Shown: positions 10,041-20,126 of the stretch, piece after piece
Layout of the letters: every line of letters starts with the position of its first letter
How positions within the stretch are numbered: position 1 is the stretch's first letter
Source: a candidate division KSB3 bacterium
Lineage (GTDB): Bacteria > Moduliflexota > Moduliflexia > Moduliflexales > Moduliflexaceae
DNA length: 64,000 bases
Assembly (NCBI GenBank): GCA_002748425.1
Contig: PDSJ01000010.1
Location: 123,643-187,642, forward strand
Direction: 5' to 3'
Notes under the pieces: model-generated
Told to the model about the DNA's origin: nothing
Seen by the model: only the letters and a program-made list of their open reading frames with translations
Databases searched by the model: none
Translations under genes and position numbers: made by a program

Positions 10041-10375
10041 CAGAAGCAGAAAAAAGCAGTCGCTTGCAGGGGATGTGGATCACATAGTGCGGTTTTGTCC
10101 GGAACCGCAGGAATTTGCTTCCAAAGGAGTTAAGGAGCTTTTGCCCTGTACTGCGATGAGATCCGAAGGGACTGACGGAGTCAATCCTGCGACAGGCATT
10201 TGCAGGACTCTGTGACACGAAATGCGTGTGTGTGCCGAGAGAGCTGTTACACGAAATTAAGCTTGACGAAATTCGTTACTCAATGTTAGTGTTCTCCAGA
10301 TATTCTCTGGAATGATGTTCTGCTATGTTAAAAAATTCGGCACTTTTATGACGCAGTCAGGCGTGTAAATATCTT

Positions 10376-12352
10376 ATGACACAAGAGGAGAAGAACCACG
10401 AAAACGCTCAGGATCGAGAACAGGAGCAGCAAGAAGAGAAAAAACGAGAATTGGAAAAGCCCCGCAAACCGCGACAAACGTCGCTTTCAATCTGGGGCTT
10501 GCTGCTTGCGCTCGGCGCTGCTGCACTCTTTTATCATGTCCTCGCCCTGCATGATGACAAGATGCCCTACAGCGTGTTTAAGGAAACATTGCGTCAGGGG
10601 CAGGTTCGGCGGGTATTTATCGGAGATGAGTCGATTAGCGGTGAATTAACGCAACAAGACGAAAAAGGCAATCCGATTCCATTTACGACAGTAAAAATCG
10701 ACGATCCGGATTTGATCCAAGAGCTGGAGCAGCAGGCGGTTGAGTATTCCGGCAGACACAGTCGCGTCTGGTTGTCCGGGATCATCGGATGGGGACTGAC
10801 GATCGTGTGTGTGATACTTATGCTTGTCGTGATATTGAGGCGTTTTGGCCCCGGAGGCAGTATCATGGCTTTTGGCAAAAGTCATGCGAAGTTTTACGAA
10901 GAAGATGAGATGAGGGTCACTTTTGATGATGTGGCCGGTATTGAGGAGGCCAAGGAAGAGCTGCTGGAAATCATCGAATTTCTGAAAACGCCTGATAAAT
11001 TTACGAATTTAGGGGGAAAGATTCCAAAGGGCGCCTTACTGGTCGGTCTTCCGGGAACAGGTAAAACCCTGCTGGCCAAAGCCGTGGCTGGAGAGGCGCA
11101 GGTCCCGTTTCTCAGCATCAGCGGATCAGCCTTTGTGGAAATGTTCGTCGGGGTTGGTGCATCGCGGGTGCGGGATTTGTTTCAGCAGGCTGAACATAAA
11201 GCTCCGTGCATTATCTTTATCGATGAGCTTGATGCGCTGGGGAAATCTCGTGGGGTTCATCCGGCAGGCGGGCACGATGAAAGGGAACAAACCTTAAATC
11301 AGTTGCTGGTTGAAATGGATGGTTTTGACAGCCGGCACGGTGTGATTATCATGGCTGCGACCAATCGTCCCGAAATCCTCGATCGAGCCTTGATGCGTCC
11401 TGGGCGTTTCGATCGACAGATTTTTGTCGATCGCCCTGATATTAAGGGACGCGAACAGATTTTGACCGTCCATGGCAATGCGATCAAAATGTCGGAAGAC
11501 GTTGATTTGGCCCTGATTGCCGCCCGCACTCCGGGTTTTGTGGGAGCGGATCTGGCGAATGTGGTGAATGAAGCGGCGCTGCTGGCGGCTCGTCGAGATA
11601 AGCAGGCGGTGGAGATGAGTGATTTCGAGGAAGCGATCGATCGGGTTGTCTCGGGTCTGGAGAAGAAAAGCCGGGTGATGTCGAAGCGCGAAAAGGAAGT
11701 GACAGCGTACCATGAGGCCGGCCATGCCTTGGTGGCGAGTTTTCTGCCGAATGCAGCACCGGTGCATAAGGTCTCGATTATTCCACGAGGCTTCTCTCTG
11801 GGAGTGACGATGTTTTTGCCCGTAGAAGAGCGCTATCTCATGACAAAGTCAGAGCTGCTGGACCAAATCGGTAGTTCGCTCGGCGGGCGGATTGCTGAAG
11901 AATTAGTATTTCATGAGGTTTCGAGCGGCGCTCAGAGTGATTTGAAACGCTCCAGTGACATTGCCAGAATGATGGTCAAGGAATATGGTATGAGTGAGCG
12001 CCTCGGTCTGGTGAGCTTTGAGGGCGGGGGCAGCCCTCAGTTTCTGGACGGTTTCGCTTATAGCGACGTTGTGTACAGCGATAAAACTGCCTATCAGATC
12101 GATCTTGAGGTCAAACGCATTATCGATGAGACCTATGCGAAAGCCCGAAAAATTCTTGAAGACCGTCGCGATGTGCTGAAAACCCTTGCGGATGTGCTGC
12201 TGGAAAAAGAAGTGATCGAACGTGAGGAATTTGAACGGATTATCGGGAAGACAGCTGAGCCGCATGATCAAGGCTCTGGAACAGCAGAGACAGCCCAGGA
12301 AGCTTCCGAGCATGAGATCGAGACGCTGCTGCCGGCTGAGTCAGCGCCTTGA
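10376..12352 (+). CDS. ftsH: ATP-dependent zinc metalloprotease FtsH
   Basis: 658 aa. N-terminal transmembrane segments. Walker [19 protein letters not shown]. Second region of homology [11 protein letters not shown]. Zinc motif HEAGHALVA. Confidence 0.95.
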   Translation: MTQEEKNHENAQDREQEQQEEKKRELEKPRKPRQTSLSIWGLLLALGAAALFYHVLALHDDKMPYSVFKETLRQGQVRRVFIGDESISGELTQQDEKGNPIPFTTVKIDDPDLIQELEQQAVEYSGRHSRVWLSGIIGWGLTIVCVILMLVVILRRFGPGGSIMAFGKSHAKFYEEDEMRVTFDDVAGIEEAKEELLEIIEFLKTPDKFTNLGGKIPKGALLVGLPGTGKTLLAKAVAGEAQVPFLSISGSAFVEMFVGVGASRVRDLFQQAEHKAPCIIFIDELDALGKSRGVHPAGGHDEREQTLNQLLVEMDGFDSRHGVIIMAATNRPEILDRALMRPGRFDRQIFVDRPDIKGREQILTVHGNAIKMSEDVDLALIAARTPGFVGADLANVVNEAALLAARRDKQAVEMSDFEEAIDRVVSGLEKKSRVMSKREKEVTAYHEAGHALVASFLPNAAPVHKVSIIPRGFSLGVTMFLPVEERYLMTKSELLDQIGSSLGGRIAEELVFHEVSSGAQSDLKRSSDIARMMVKEYGMSERLGLVSFEGGGSPQFLDGFAYSDVVYSDKTAYQIDLEVKRIIDETYAKARKILEDRRDVLKTLADVLLEKEVIEREEFERIIGKTAEPHDQGSGTAETAQEASEHEIETLLPAESAP

Positions 12353-12368
12353 AAAGTGCGCGTCGTAA

Positions 12369-13604
12369 TTATCCCAGGCGACGAATTGCCCGAATTCTTT
12401 CCAGCACCGGTGGGTGCGAATAGTTCAGAAAGACATACAAGGGATGAGGCGTCAGATTGGAAAGATTATGGGCTGACAGGGTTGTTAAGGCATTGATGAA
12501 AGGTTCAGGGTCTTTAGTGGTTTCCACGGCAAAACGATCGGCCTCATATTCATGTTTGCGAGAAAATATCTGCATGAAAATCGACAGGATCAGTTCGATC
12601 GGCGCATAGAGCATTCCAAAAAAAATCAGCCCCGCATATATTGATGTTTTTTCCATGTAAAATGCTTCGAATAAGCCTTTATGCCTGAGAAAGATCGAGA
12701 GCAGGAACAGCATAATTCCTGTGTGGACAATCCCGATCAGCATGCCCTGGAGAAGATGTTTCTTTTTGTAATGGCCGATTTCATGCGCCAGAATGCCCAG
12801 CAGTTCCGCAACGGAATGTTTATCGATCAGGGTGTCGAACAAGGCGATTCGCTTATGCTTGCCGAATCCGGTAAAAAATGCATTTGATTTTGTCGAGCGC
12901 TTTGAGCCGTCCATGACAAAAAGATTTTCCAGCGGGAAGTCTACCGAGTCTGCGTAGGCCAAAATCGCAGAGCGCAGTTCTCCTTCTTCAAGTGGAGTGA
13001 ATTTGTTGAACAGGGGCATGATCCAGCTCGGCGCAATAAACTGGAGCAGGATCGTCACCAGCGTCAGGGTGATCCAGCAATAGAGCCAGGCTGAGGATCC
13101 TGCATATTGAAAAAATGCGAGGGCTCCGGCCAGAATCGGCCCGCCGATGAGGATCGAAAGAGCCAGCGCTTTCAGCAGATCGATGATGAAGACCTTCAGT
13201 GTCGTGTTGTTAAACCCGAAACGTTCTTCGATCACAAAAGTCTCATAGATACTGAACGGCAAGGAAACGAGCGATTTCAACAGCATCAGAATCCCAATGT
13301 ACAGCAATCCGTTCACAAGAGGATGCAGTCCCCAGCCTCGTACAAGCCGATCGAGAGCGTTAAAGCCTCCGGAAAACCAGAATATCAGTGTGACGAGTAC
13401 GCTGACGCTTGAGGTGATGAAGCCAAAACGGGTATTGACTCGGGTATATTCCTGGGACTGACGATACTTCTCAGCATCGTAAACCCCTGTGAATTCTTTG
13501 GCTAATACAGGGCTTAACGCCCGTAAATTCATTAAATCTGCGAAAAGGTTCAGGGCGTACCCAAACAGGCTTGTACTGAGAATGAGGAGCGCGTAAGTAT
13601 TCAT
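12369..13604 (-). CDS. M48 family zinc metallopeptidase (Ste24/HtpX-like), polytopic membrane protein
   Basis: 411 aa with multiple transmembrane helices, the HEIGH zinc motif (ILAHEIGHYKKKH) and FTGFGKHKRIALFDTL. Confidence 0.8.
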   Translation of the reverse strand: MNTYALLILSTSLFGYALNLFADLMNLRALSPVLAKEFTGVYDAEKYRQSQEYTRVNTRFGFITSSVSVLVTLIFWFSGGFNALDRLVRGWGLHPLVNGLLYIGILMLLKSLVSLPFSIYETFVIEERFGFNNTTLKVFIIDLLKALALSILIGGPILAGALAFFQYAGSSAWLYCWITLTLVTILLQFIAPSWIMPLFNKFTPLEEGELRSAILAYADSVDFPLENLFVMDGSKRSTKSNAFFTGFGKHKRIALFDTLIDKHSVAELLGILAHEIGHYKKKHLLQGMLIGIVHTGIMLFLLSIFLRHKGLFEAFYMEKTSIYAGLIFFGMLYAPIELILSIFMQIFSRKHEYEADRFAVETTKDPEPFINALTTLSAHNLSNLTPHPLYVFLNYSHPPVLERIRAIRRLG

Positions 13605-13716
13605 CGTTTATTTCAGTATTGTCTTTCAGGAAGGTTCAGGGCGTACCCAAACAGGCTTGTACTGAGAATGAGGAGCGCGTAAGTATTCATCGTTTATTTC
13701 AGTATTGTCTTTCAGG
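13545..13716. repeat. Perfect 86-bp tandem direct duplication (13545-13630 and 13631-13716) covering the start codon and first roughly 20 codons of the M48 peptidase gene
   Basis: AAGGTTCAGGGCGTACCCAAACAGGCTTGTACTGAGAATGAGGAGCGCGTAAGTATTCATCGTTTATTTCAGTATTGTCTTTCAGG appears twice back to back. The second copy encodes MNTYALLILSTSLFGYALNL and then hits a stop. Confidence 0.9.
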
Positions 13717-13933
13717 TTATGCGTCAAACAGTCAACTTGCTTTGCCAGCACATCAGGATATTGTAAAGCCCCATCATAACGGACGCTTTCGTCATCCGGC
13801 AGTTCTTGCCGCCACACGACTTTCGCGCTGAACCTTACTACAACGACGATCGTGCAGGGCGTCATGCATCGCGTCCGCATACGCACAATACAAGAAGCGA
13901 CAGTCCGCTATTTCTGTCAATAGAATAGCGTCG

Positions 13934-15592
13934 TCATTTTCGTTTTGCCCTTTTTCCGGTAAGAATCGTTTCCGCGATGCGCAGGCCGTCCAGAGCCGAA
14001 GAACTGATGCCTCCTGCGTATCCGGCAGCTTCTCCGGCCAGATACAAGCCCGGCACTGATGAACTCAGCGTGTCGGGATTGCGCTCAAAACGGACAGGGC
14101 AGGAAACTCGGGTTTCGATGCCGATCAGGGTCCCTGAGTGCAGAAATCCGGGAATGATCCGTTCGAAATAGCACAGTCCTTCACGAAGGGCGGCTGTGGT
14201 ACGGGCGGGCAAGAGCATATCAATACGTCCTGAGCGTATGCCCAGGCGGTAGCTGCTGTCTGAACGCTGCAAGCCGGCTTCACCACGTACAAAGGCGGAC
14301 GCGCTCTGAGCCGGGCAGCAATACGGCGCACTGTTGTCCCGGCCGGCTCCTGCCGAAAATGCCTGTTGTTCGAGCCTGGCAAGCGTTGCAAAGACCTCTT
14401 GCGCAGATGCATACTGCGATGCATCCTGATTGACGATCAAGCCGGCATTCGCGTAACAGCCATTTCGTAAAAAGGGACTCATACCGTTGGTACAGAGCTG
14501 AGCTTCATCGCTCGTTGAGGCAATAATCTCACCCCCGGGACACATGCAGAAGGTTGTGACTCCGGCAATTCCCGAATACGCTGGCGGGCGGCTGGTCATA
14601 CGATACTCTGCAGCGCCGACAATCCCGCGAGGCGGTATCACGCCATACTGACTGCGATCGATGAACTCTTGCGGGTGCTCGATACGGCAGCCTGTCTGGA
14701 AGTCTTTGAGGCGGTGCCGAATTCCACGCTGAACGAGCTTCAGGATCAAGTCTCGTGCACTGTGACCACAGGCAATGAGTGTCAGCGGTGCGTCGAGGCG
14801 TTCGCCGTTTCGGAGCACGACTCCTTGACAGCGCTGATCACGAATGATGATGTCCTGCACTGCCGCTCCCCATCGGAAGCTGCCTCCCCAGTCTTCAATC
14901 TGGCGTCTGAGCCGTTTTACCATGTGGGGTAAAATATCAGAGCCGATATGTGGGTGATGATCGTAGAGAATCCGGCGCGGCGCACGAGCCGCAACGTATG
15001 CGTTCAGGAGAAAAGCGATGCGGCGATCTTTAATGCGGGTGTAGAGTTTTCCATCGGAATACGTGCCTGCCCCGCCTTCGCCGAACAGATAGTTACTCTC
15101 AGGATTGAGGCAGCGACTTTGATGGAAGTTCTCAATATCGCTGCGCCGCCTGTCGACATCAAAGCCGCGATCCAGGATCAGCGGTTGACAGCCATACAAG
15201 GCCAGCAGATAGGCTGCCATAATTCCCGCCGGGCCGCTTCCCACGACAATTGGCTGTCTGGGCAGTTCGTTCAGCGTGGCGAGCTGATACAGCGGGTCTT
15301 CCTGATCGGCCTGGGGCGTCTGAATACGGAGATGTCGGTCCTCGGCGATTGGCAGTCCCTCCGCTACGATCGCCTTGAGCGTGTAAACAACACGAAGATG
15401 CGGTTTCTTTCTGGCATCCAGACTGCGGTGAAGAATGCTGTAGTCCAGAATATCTTCTTGTCGGATGCCGCAACGCTCTGCAATCCAGGGATGAAGCTGT
15501 CGATCGCACCCTGTGGAACGCCGTTCTGCAAGGCGTTGAACGGGAATCTCGAACTGTGAGAGGTGAATTTCCTGAGTGTGCAGTGCAGTCAC
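13934..15592 (-). CDS. NAD(P)/FAD-dependent oxidoreductase (COG2509-like FAD-dependent dehydrogenase); likely GTG start at 15592 overlapping the upstream stop as GTGA
   Basis: Dinucleotide-binding motif PIVVGSGPAGIMAAYLLALYG. RSLDARKK near the N-terminus. C-terminal GLYLAGEAAGYAGGI. The 15649 start in the ORF track would overlap the HD gene by 61 nt. GTG at 15590-15592 gives a 2-nt coupled overlap. Confidence 0.75.
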   Translation of the reverse strand: MTALHTQEIHLSQFEIPVQRLAERRSTGCDRQLHPWIAERCGIRQEDILDYSILHRSLDARKKPHLRVVYTLKAIVAEGLPIAEDRHLRIQTPQADQEDPLYQLATLNELPRQPIVVGSGPAGIMAAYLLALYGCQPLILDRGFDVDRRRSDIENFHQSRCLNPESNYLFGEGGAGTYSDGKLYTRIKDRRIAFLLNAYVAARAPRRILYDHHPHIGSDILPHMVKRLRRQIEDWGGSFRWGAAVQDIIIRDQRCQGVVLRNGERLDAPLTLIACGHSARDLILKLVQRGIRHRLKDFQTGCRIEHPQEFIDRSQYGVIPPRGIVGAAEYRMTSRPPAYSGIAGVTTFCMCPGGEIIASTSDEAQLCTNGMSPFLRNGCYANAGLIVNQDASQYASAQEVFATLARLEQQAFSAGAGRDNSAPYCCPAQSASAFVRGEAGLQRSDSSYRLGIRSGRIDMLLPARTTAALREGLCYFERIIPGFLHSGTLIGIETRVSCPVRFERNPDTLSSSVPGLYLAGEAAGYAGGISSSALDGLRIAETILTGKRAKRK

Positions 15593-16179
15593 TGTTCCAA
15601 ATAGCCTTGTTGTACTGCCTGGTGAATGAGGCGCTCTGCGTATTCCCAAAGGGCCGGAGATCCGGCCTGGATTTCAGAGCAGCGTTTCAAGACCTTCTCG
15701 CTCGTCACACCGTGCTCTTGCCAGGACTTCCCTTTGGTGGCATAGTTGTGTAATAAGGGTTGAAATCGATCGAGAGAGGCGGCAAACTTGGCTTCCGGTG
15801 TGGACTGTTCTTCGAATTCATCCCACAGTGATCGCAGTTCCCGGGCTTGTTCTCCGGGGAGTAAGCCGAAGAGCCGATCGGCGGCGTTCTGCTCTCGTTC
15901 GGCTTTATCGCGGGCGGCGTCTTCGTCGTAGAGATAGGTGTCACCGGCATCAATTTCGACAATATCGTGAATTAACAGCATTTTTATGATATGAAAGATG
16001 TCAAGATCCGGCGATCGCGCCGAGTCTTTCAGCAACAGCGCCATCATGGCCAGATGCCAGGAGTGCTCTGCGTCGTTCTCTTTGCGGGAGGCATCCATCA
16101 GGTATGTCCGGCGGAAGATCTGTTTTAACTTGTCGATTTCTGTAAGAAATTCAATTTGCTGTTGAAGAATATCGTGCAT
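15589..16179 (-). CDS. HD-domain phosphohydrolase (YfbR-like 5'-deoxynucleotidase family)
   Basis: 196 aa with the HD motif ENDAEHSWHLA and a downstream HDIVEIDAGD. Confidence 0.7.
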   Translation of the reverse strand: MHDILQQQIEFLTEIDKLKQIFRRTYLMDASRKENDAEHSWHLAMMALLLKDSARSPDLDIFHIIKMLLIHDIVEIDAGDTYLYDEDAARDKAEREQNAADRLFGLLPGEQARELRSLWDEFEEQSTPEAKFAASLDRFQPLLHNYATKGKSWQEHGVTSEKVLKRCSEIQAGSPALWEYAERLIHQAVQQGYLEQ

Positions 16180-16213
16180 TGTGGGGCGGCTCCTTGTAGA
16201 CGTTGTGTGAGCG

Positions 16214-17233
16214 TTACACAGGGCAAATCGATGTGCTGCTGCGGATAGTGAGCCGGGGTTTCAGGACGGTGTGATGGCTCTGGTAATCCATGCCGTGTCG
16301 AATTTTTTCAAAGAGCAGTTCCGCTGCTTTTCGTCCGATTTCCTGCATAGGTTGATGAACTGTTGTTAATGGCACTTCAAAATATTCGGTAATGGCAATA
16401 TCATCATAGCCGATCAGCGAGATCTCCGTAGGCACGCGACGTTGTGCCTCTCGAATGGCCCGGAATGCCCCTAATGCCACGAGATCGTTATATGCAAAAA
16501 CAGCAGTCAGCTTTTCTGAGGCGTGAAGCAAGTCTTTCATCAGGTAATAGCCGCTTTCAACGGTAGTATCACTGATGCGGATGAGACGATTTTCATGCTC
16601 AATCCCCGCTTCTTTCAGCGCATCCAGATAACCGCGCAATCGATCCTGAGCACTTGTCTGCGCATCAGGACCGGCAATGTGGGCGATCTGCCGATGGCCA
16701 AGCTTGAGCAGATGTTCCATGGACATGAAGGCTCCGGCATAATTATCATTAATCACATAATCCACCCCGAAATCCTGAAAGCATTGGGACAGGGCAATTG
16801 TTGGAATATTATTCGTTCGCAATGCTGAGGCTAAAAACCCCGGGTTGACGACAGAGCCTACGAGAAGGCCATCGACTTGCTGTTCGTAAAAAAAACGGCA
16901 GAGATCGCGTTCCTTTGATTCCTGCTGGTAGCTGCAGCCGAAAAGAAATTTGGCACGTTCCTGCCATATTACGTGTTCGATTCCCTGCACGATTCTGGTA
17001 TAAAACGGGTTATGAATATCCTGAATCAGTACGCCGATTGAGATACTGTTTTCTTGAGGAGTGCTTGTTTCGGGAGGGATATAGCCGAGTTTTTTTGCAA
17101 TGCGCAGTACCATCTCGCGGGTCTCGTTTTTCACATCTGATTTATCCCGTAACGCCCGTGAAACCGTATTCACAGACACTCCGGCCTCGATCGCGATATC
17201 ATGCAGGCGTACTTGTTTGCGTCGTTTTTTCAT
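16214..17233 (-). CDS. LacI/GalR family transcriptional regulator
   Basis: N-terminal helix-turn-helix VRLHDIAIEAGVSVNTVSRAL and a periplasmic-binding-protein-like C-terminal domain. The start is more likely the internal ATG at 17233 (MKKRRK) than 17305. Confidence 0.8.
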   Translation of the reverse strand: MKKRRKQVRLHDIAIEAGVSVNTVSRALRDKSDVKNETREMVLRIAKKLGYIPPETSTPQENSISIGVLIQDIHNPFYTRIVQGIEHVIWQERAKFLFGCSYQQESKERDLCRFFYEQQVDGLLVGSVVNPGFLASALRTNNIPTIALSQCFQDFGVDYVINDNYAGAFMSMEHLLKLGHRQIAHIAGPDAQTSAQDRLRGYLDALKEAGIEHENRLIRISDTTVESGYYLMKDLLHASEKLTAVFAYNDLVALGAFRAIREAQRRVPTEISLIGYDDIAITEYFEVPLTTVHQPMQEIGRKAAELLFEKIRHGMDYQSHHTVLKPRLTIRSSTSICPV

Positions 17234-17305
17234 GCGTTTACTCTGGAAGGAGAGACTTTCGTGCGACATTATAAGTGCTACAACTATAATAGTAAAAGTA
17301 TACAT

Positions 17306-17628
17306 GGTAATGTAATGAGATATGTCAATATTTTATTGTAAAAATAATGTTTCCCCAGCGCTCCTGTTCGGGGCGCTGTGTTCTCTTTTTTTCTGAAATA
17401 CGGAATGATCTGGTGTTCATCTGAATGGTCCTTCTGAAACGCTCTGCAATACAGGGAAATTGATCGGCGGTGACAAGACTGGACGCTAAAAAAATTAAAA
17501 TGTATCAATTAATTCTTGACATAATATGATTACCATTATTTTTATATAATTATTGTTAATTTAATGTTGATAATGTCAATGTTGCCTTGTCCATAAAAAA
17601 TAACCCTTCAATTATGAGAGGCTGTCTT
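17306..17628. promoter_or_regulatory. AT-rich divergent control region between the LacI-family gene and the dehydrogenase operon; ATGTCAAT motif repeated at 17322-17329 and 17573-17580
   Basis: Visibly AT-rich. TTGACA at 17515-17520. Direct repeats AATGTTGAT and AATGTCAAT immediately upstream of the Shine-Dalgarno GAGAGG for the 17629 ATG. A similar AATGTCAATATT sits just upstream of the regulator gene. Confidence 0.4.
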
Positions 17629-18816
17629 ATGAAAGCTGTACAACTCAATGCAACGTGGGATCCAAAACCCGATTTTAAGTTAGGCGCAAAAGACATTGAT
17701 GGAAAATTGACCTATCTGGGGAGCAAGGTGTGGCGATATCCCAAAGTCGAAATTGTCGACATCCCTAAGCCGGAGATCGGCCCGGATGATGTCTTGATCG
17801 AAATGCAGGCCTGCGGAATTTGTGGAAGTGACGTACACATGGCACAGGCTGACGACGATGGGTATATCTGGTATCCTGGTTTAACAGCTTTCCCGGCTGT
17901 GCTGGGGCACGAACTGGCAGGGAGAGTCGTGGCGTCCGGAGCAAAGGCGCTGAACAAACGCACCAATAAGCCGTATGAAGTCGGCGAAGCGGTTTGTGCC
18001 GAAGAGATGTTCTGGTGCGGCAAGTGTCGTCCTTGCTGTGACGGTTTTCCGAATCATTGCGAAGCGCTGGAAGAGATCGGCTTCAGCTGTGACGGTGCCT
18101 ATACTCAATATGTGAAAGTCCCGGCGCAGTACTGCTGGAGTCTGGAAAGTCTGCGTCCGCTGTACGGCGATGAAAAAATTTATCACGCCGGCAGCTTGGT
18201 CGAGCCGACCTGCGTGGCCTATAACGCAGTGATCGAACGAGCCGGCGGCATTCGTCCCGGCGATAACGTCTTGATTCTCGGGGGCGGGCCTATCGGCTTG
18301 TCAGCATGCTCGATTCTGCGTCGGGCCGGCGCCTCGCACGTCATTCTGTCCGAACCGTCTGCCAGCCGCGCGGAATTGGGCAGGAAAATGGGCGCGACTG
18401 AGGTGGTGGACCCCGTGAAGGGCAATATGCCGGAAGCAGTGCTGGAGATTACCGGCGGTATGGGAGCTGACTTGATTCTGGAAGCAACCGGATTACCCAC
18501 GGTGGTATGGCCGGATATCGAATCGGTGATCTGGGAAGGCCGTACACTGAATGCGACAGTGGCCATCGTGGCCCGCGCTGATGCCAAAATCCCCTTAACC
18601 GGAGAAGTGTTCCAAGTGCGCCGTGCCAGTATTGTAGGTGCCCAGGGCCATTCCGGTCACGGAACCTTCCCGCGCGCTATCAGCGCAATGGCGGCTGGTA
18701 TGGATATGACCCCGCTGATTACTAAAAAGATTAGCCTGGATGAAGTGGGAGAGAACTTGAAGATGCTGCAAACCGATCGGGAAGAGTGCAAAATCACAGT
18801 CACAAACTTTGAATAA
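17629..18816 (+). CDS. Zinc-binding alcohol/polyol dehydrogenase (MDR superfamily, sorbitol/inosose dehydrogenase-like)
   Basis: GICGSDVH catalytic-zinc motif, GHELAG, structural-zinc Cys cluster CGKCRPCC, Rossmann motif LILGGGPIGL. Shine-Dalgarno GAGAGG before the ATG at 17629. The ORF track start at 17587 is a TTG. Confidence 0.8.
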   Translation: MKAVQLNATWDPKPDFKLGAKDIDGKLTYLGSKVWRYPKVEIVDIPKPEIGPDDVLIEMQACGICGSDVHMAQADDDGYIWYPGLTAFPAVLGHELAGRVVASGAKALNKRTNKPYEVGEAVCAEEMFWCGKCRPCCDGFPNHCEALEEIGFSCDGAYTQYVKVPAQYCWSLESLRPLYGDEKIYHAGSLVEPTCVAYNAVIERAGGIRPGDNVLILGGGPIGLSACSILRRAGASHVILSEPSASRAELGRKMGATEVVDPVKGNMPEAVLEITGGMGADLILEATGLPTVVWPDIESVIWEGRTLNATVAIVARADAKIPLTGEVFQVRRASIVGAQGHSGHGTFPRAISAMAAGMDMTPLITKKISLDEVGENLKMLQTDREECKITVTNFE

Positions 18817-18856
18817 ACACTGAAATATTGGAGCTCTGGAATATTGGAGTAGTTGA

Positions 18857-20029
18857 ATGTGGAAAGTGAAGGCTTTCCACTGCTTCAATATTTCGGTCTT
18901 GGTTATGGCAGGTAAAGATGGTGTACGCAATTGGCTCACGACTGATTATCCGGGTGTTGTTTTTGAAGACACACAGGTGGGCCGTATGAAGAAAGAACTG
19001 TTTGACGCTTCTGATGAAGAAATCGATAAAATTCTGGCGGACTATGAAATCCCGTCACCCTCGGAACTGGGGAAACCCGGCTCATATATCCAGAATACCG
19101 TACGGGCACAGGTGGTGGAAAACCGCCGTAAAAACGATATCGTTTTTGTGCCGGTCGGCTGCACGGAAAATCATGGTATGCATACCGTGTCCGGCCTGGA
19201 TACTTTTATGGTCACGCAGATTGTGGAAGGCGTCCGGCGTTATACAGCCAAACAGGGCGCTGCGTGTTCACTGGCATTTCCAGCGCATAATTATGGCTCG
19301 CACCCTTATCATCACCTCGGTATGCCCGGTACAGTGATGCTGGAAGAAGAAGTGACAAAAAAAGTGATGATGCAGGTGATGCTGGGCTTGTGGAATGACG
19401 GCTTTCGCAAGCAGATCTGGATCAACAATCACGGGCAATTATGGGTCCTGGAATCTGCGATTCAGGAGTTTCAGAAAACATACCAATTACCGGGCATCTT
19501 CCGGGTTATGGACTGGCACCGGGCGGTTCGGGAATTTTTTGCAACGTCAGATCGGGGCGGCAAGTTTGATACGAATTTTGTGCATGCCGATGAGTCGGAA
19601 ACTGCAGTCGGCCTGCTGACTTTCCCGGAAGGTATGGTCGATATGTCAAAAGCCGTCTCAACGGTCGGAAAAGGTCATTCCTACCTGCCGGGCGGACATT
19701 TTGACACCTCAGTAGATCCCTACCGTCGTCCCCACAAATGGTCGGAAGGACAAGGGCATTTCGCGATTGAATTAAAAGGAACCCCGGAGGGTGTTGTCGG
19801 TGATGCAACGGCCGCTACCGCTGAAAAAGCCAAACGCCCGATCGCCGCTATTTTGAAATACCTGACCCTGATTCATGACGAAATTCTGGCAGCCTTCCCA
19901 TCAGGACAGCTGCCGCCGGTTGATATGATCACCCATCGCGACGCCAAGGAACTGGAGCCGTTCCTGAAAGAGCCGATGAGTGAAGGGTGGAAGCCGGTTT
20001 ATGCCTTGAAATCCCTGATCGGAAATTAA
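18857..20029 (+). CDS. Creatininase-family amidohydrolase-like protein (long form)
   Basis: IVFVPVGCTENHGMHTVSGLDTFMV matches the creatininase signature xPxGxxExHGxHLPxxTD. 390 aa is longer than classic creatininase, so the true start is uncertain. Confidence 0.55.
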   Translation: MWKVKAFHCFNISVLVMAGKDGVRNWLTTDYPGVVFEDTQVGRMKKELFDASDEEIDKILADYEIPSPSELGKPGSYIQNTVRAQVVENRRKNDIVFVPVGCTENHGMHTVSGLDTFMVTQIVEGVRRYTAKQGAACSLAFPAHNYGSHPYHHLGMPGTVMLEEEVTKKVMMQVMLGLWNDGFRKQIWINNHGQLWVLESAIQEFQKTYQLPGIFRVMDWHRAVREFFATSDRGGKFDTNFVHADESETAVGLLTFPEGMVDMSKAVSTVGKGHSYLPGGHFDTSVDPYRRPHKWSEGQGHFAIELKGTPEGVVGDATAATAEKAKRPIAAILKYLTLIHDEILAAFPSGQLPPVDMITHRDAKELEPFLKEPMSEGWKPVYALKSLIGN

Positions 20030-20052
20030 GCGTTTTCAGCAGATAGTCCGGA

Positions 20053-20098
20053 AAACCCGCAGCACCTGTGATCGTGTGTTGCGGGTTTCTGTTTTCTC
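20053..20098 (+). terminator. Intrinsic terminator or attenuator hairpin inside the operon
   Basis: AAACCCGC...GCGGGTTT stem followed by CTGTTTTCT. Confidence 0.4.
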
Positions 20099-20126
20099 TG
20101 CAGGAAATTGCTGATATTGTCGAAAA

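Noticed and set aside
17515-17556. Sigma70 promoter TTGACA...TATAAT in the LacI-divergent region
   Set aside because: The spacing between TTGACA (17515) and TATAAT (17544) is 23 nt, too long for a functional sigma70 promoter. Only the general AT-rich control region is reported.
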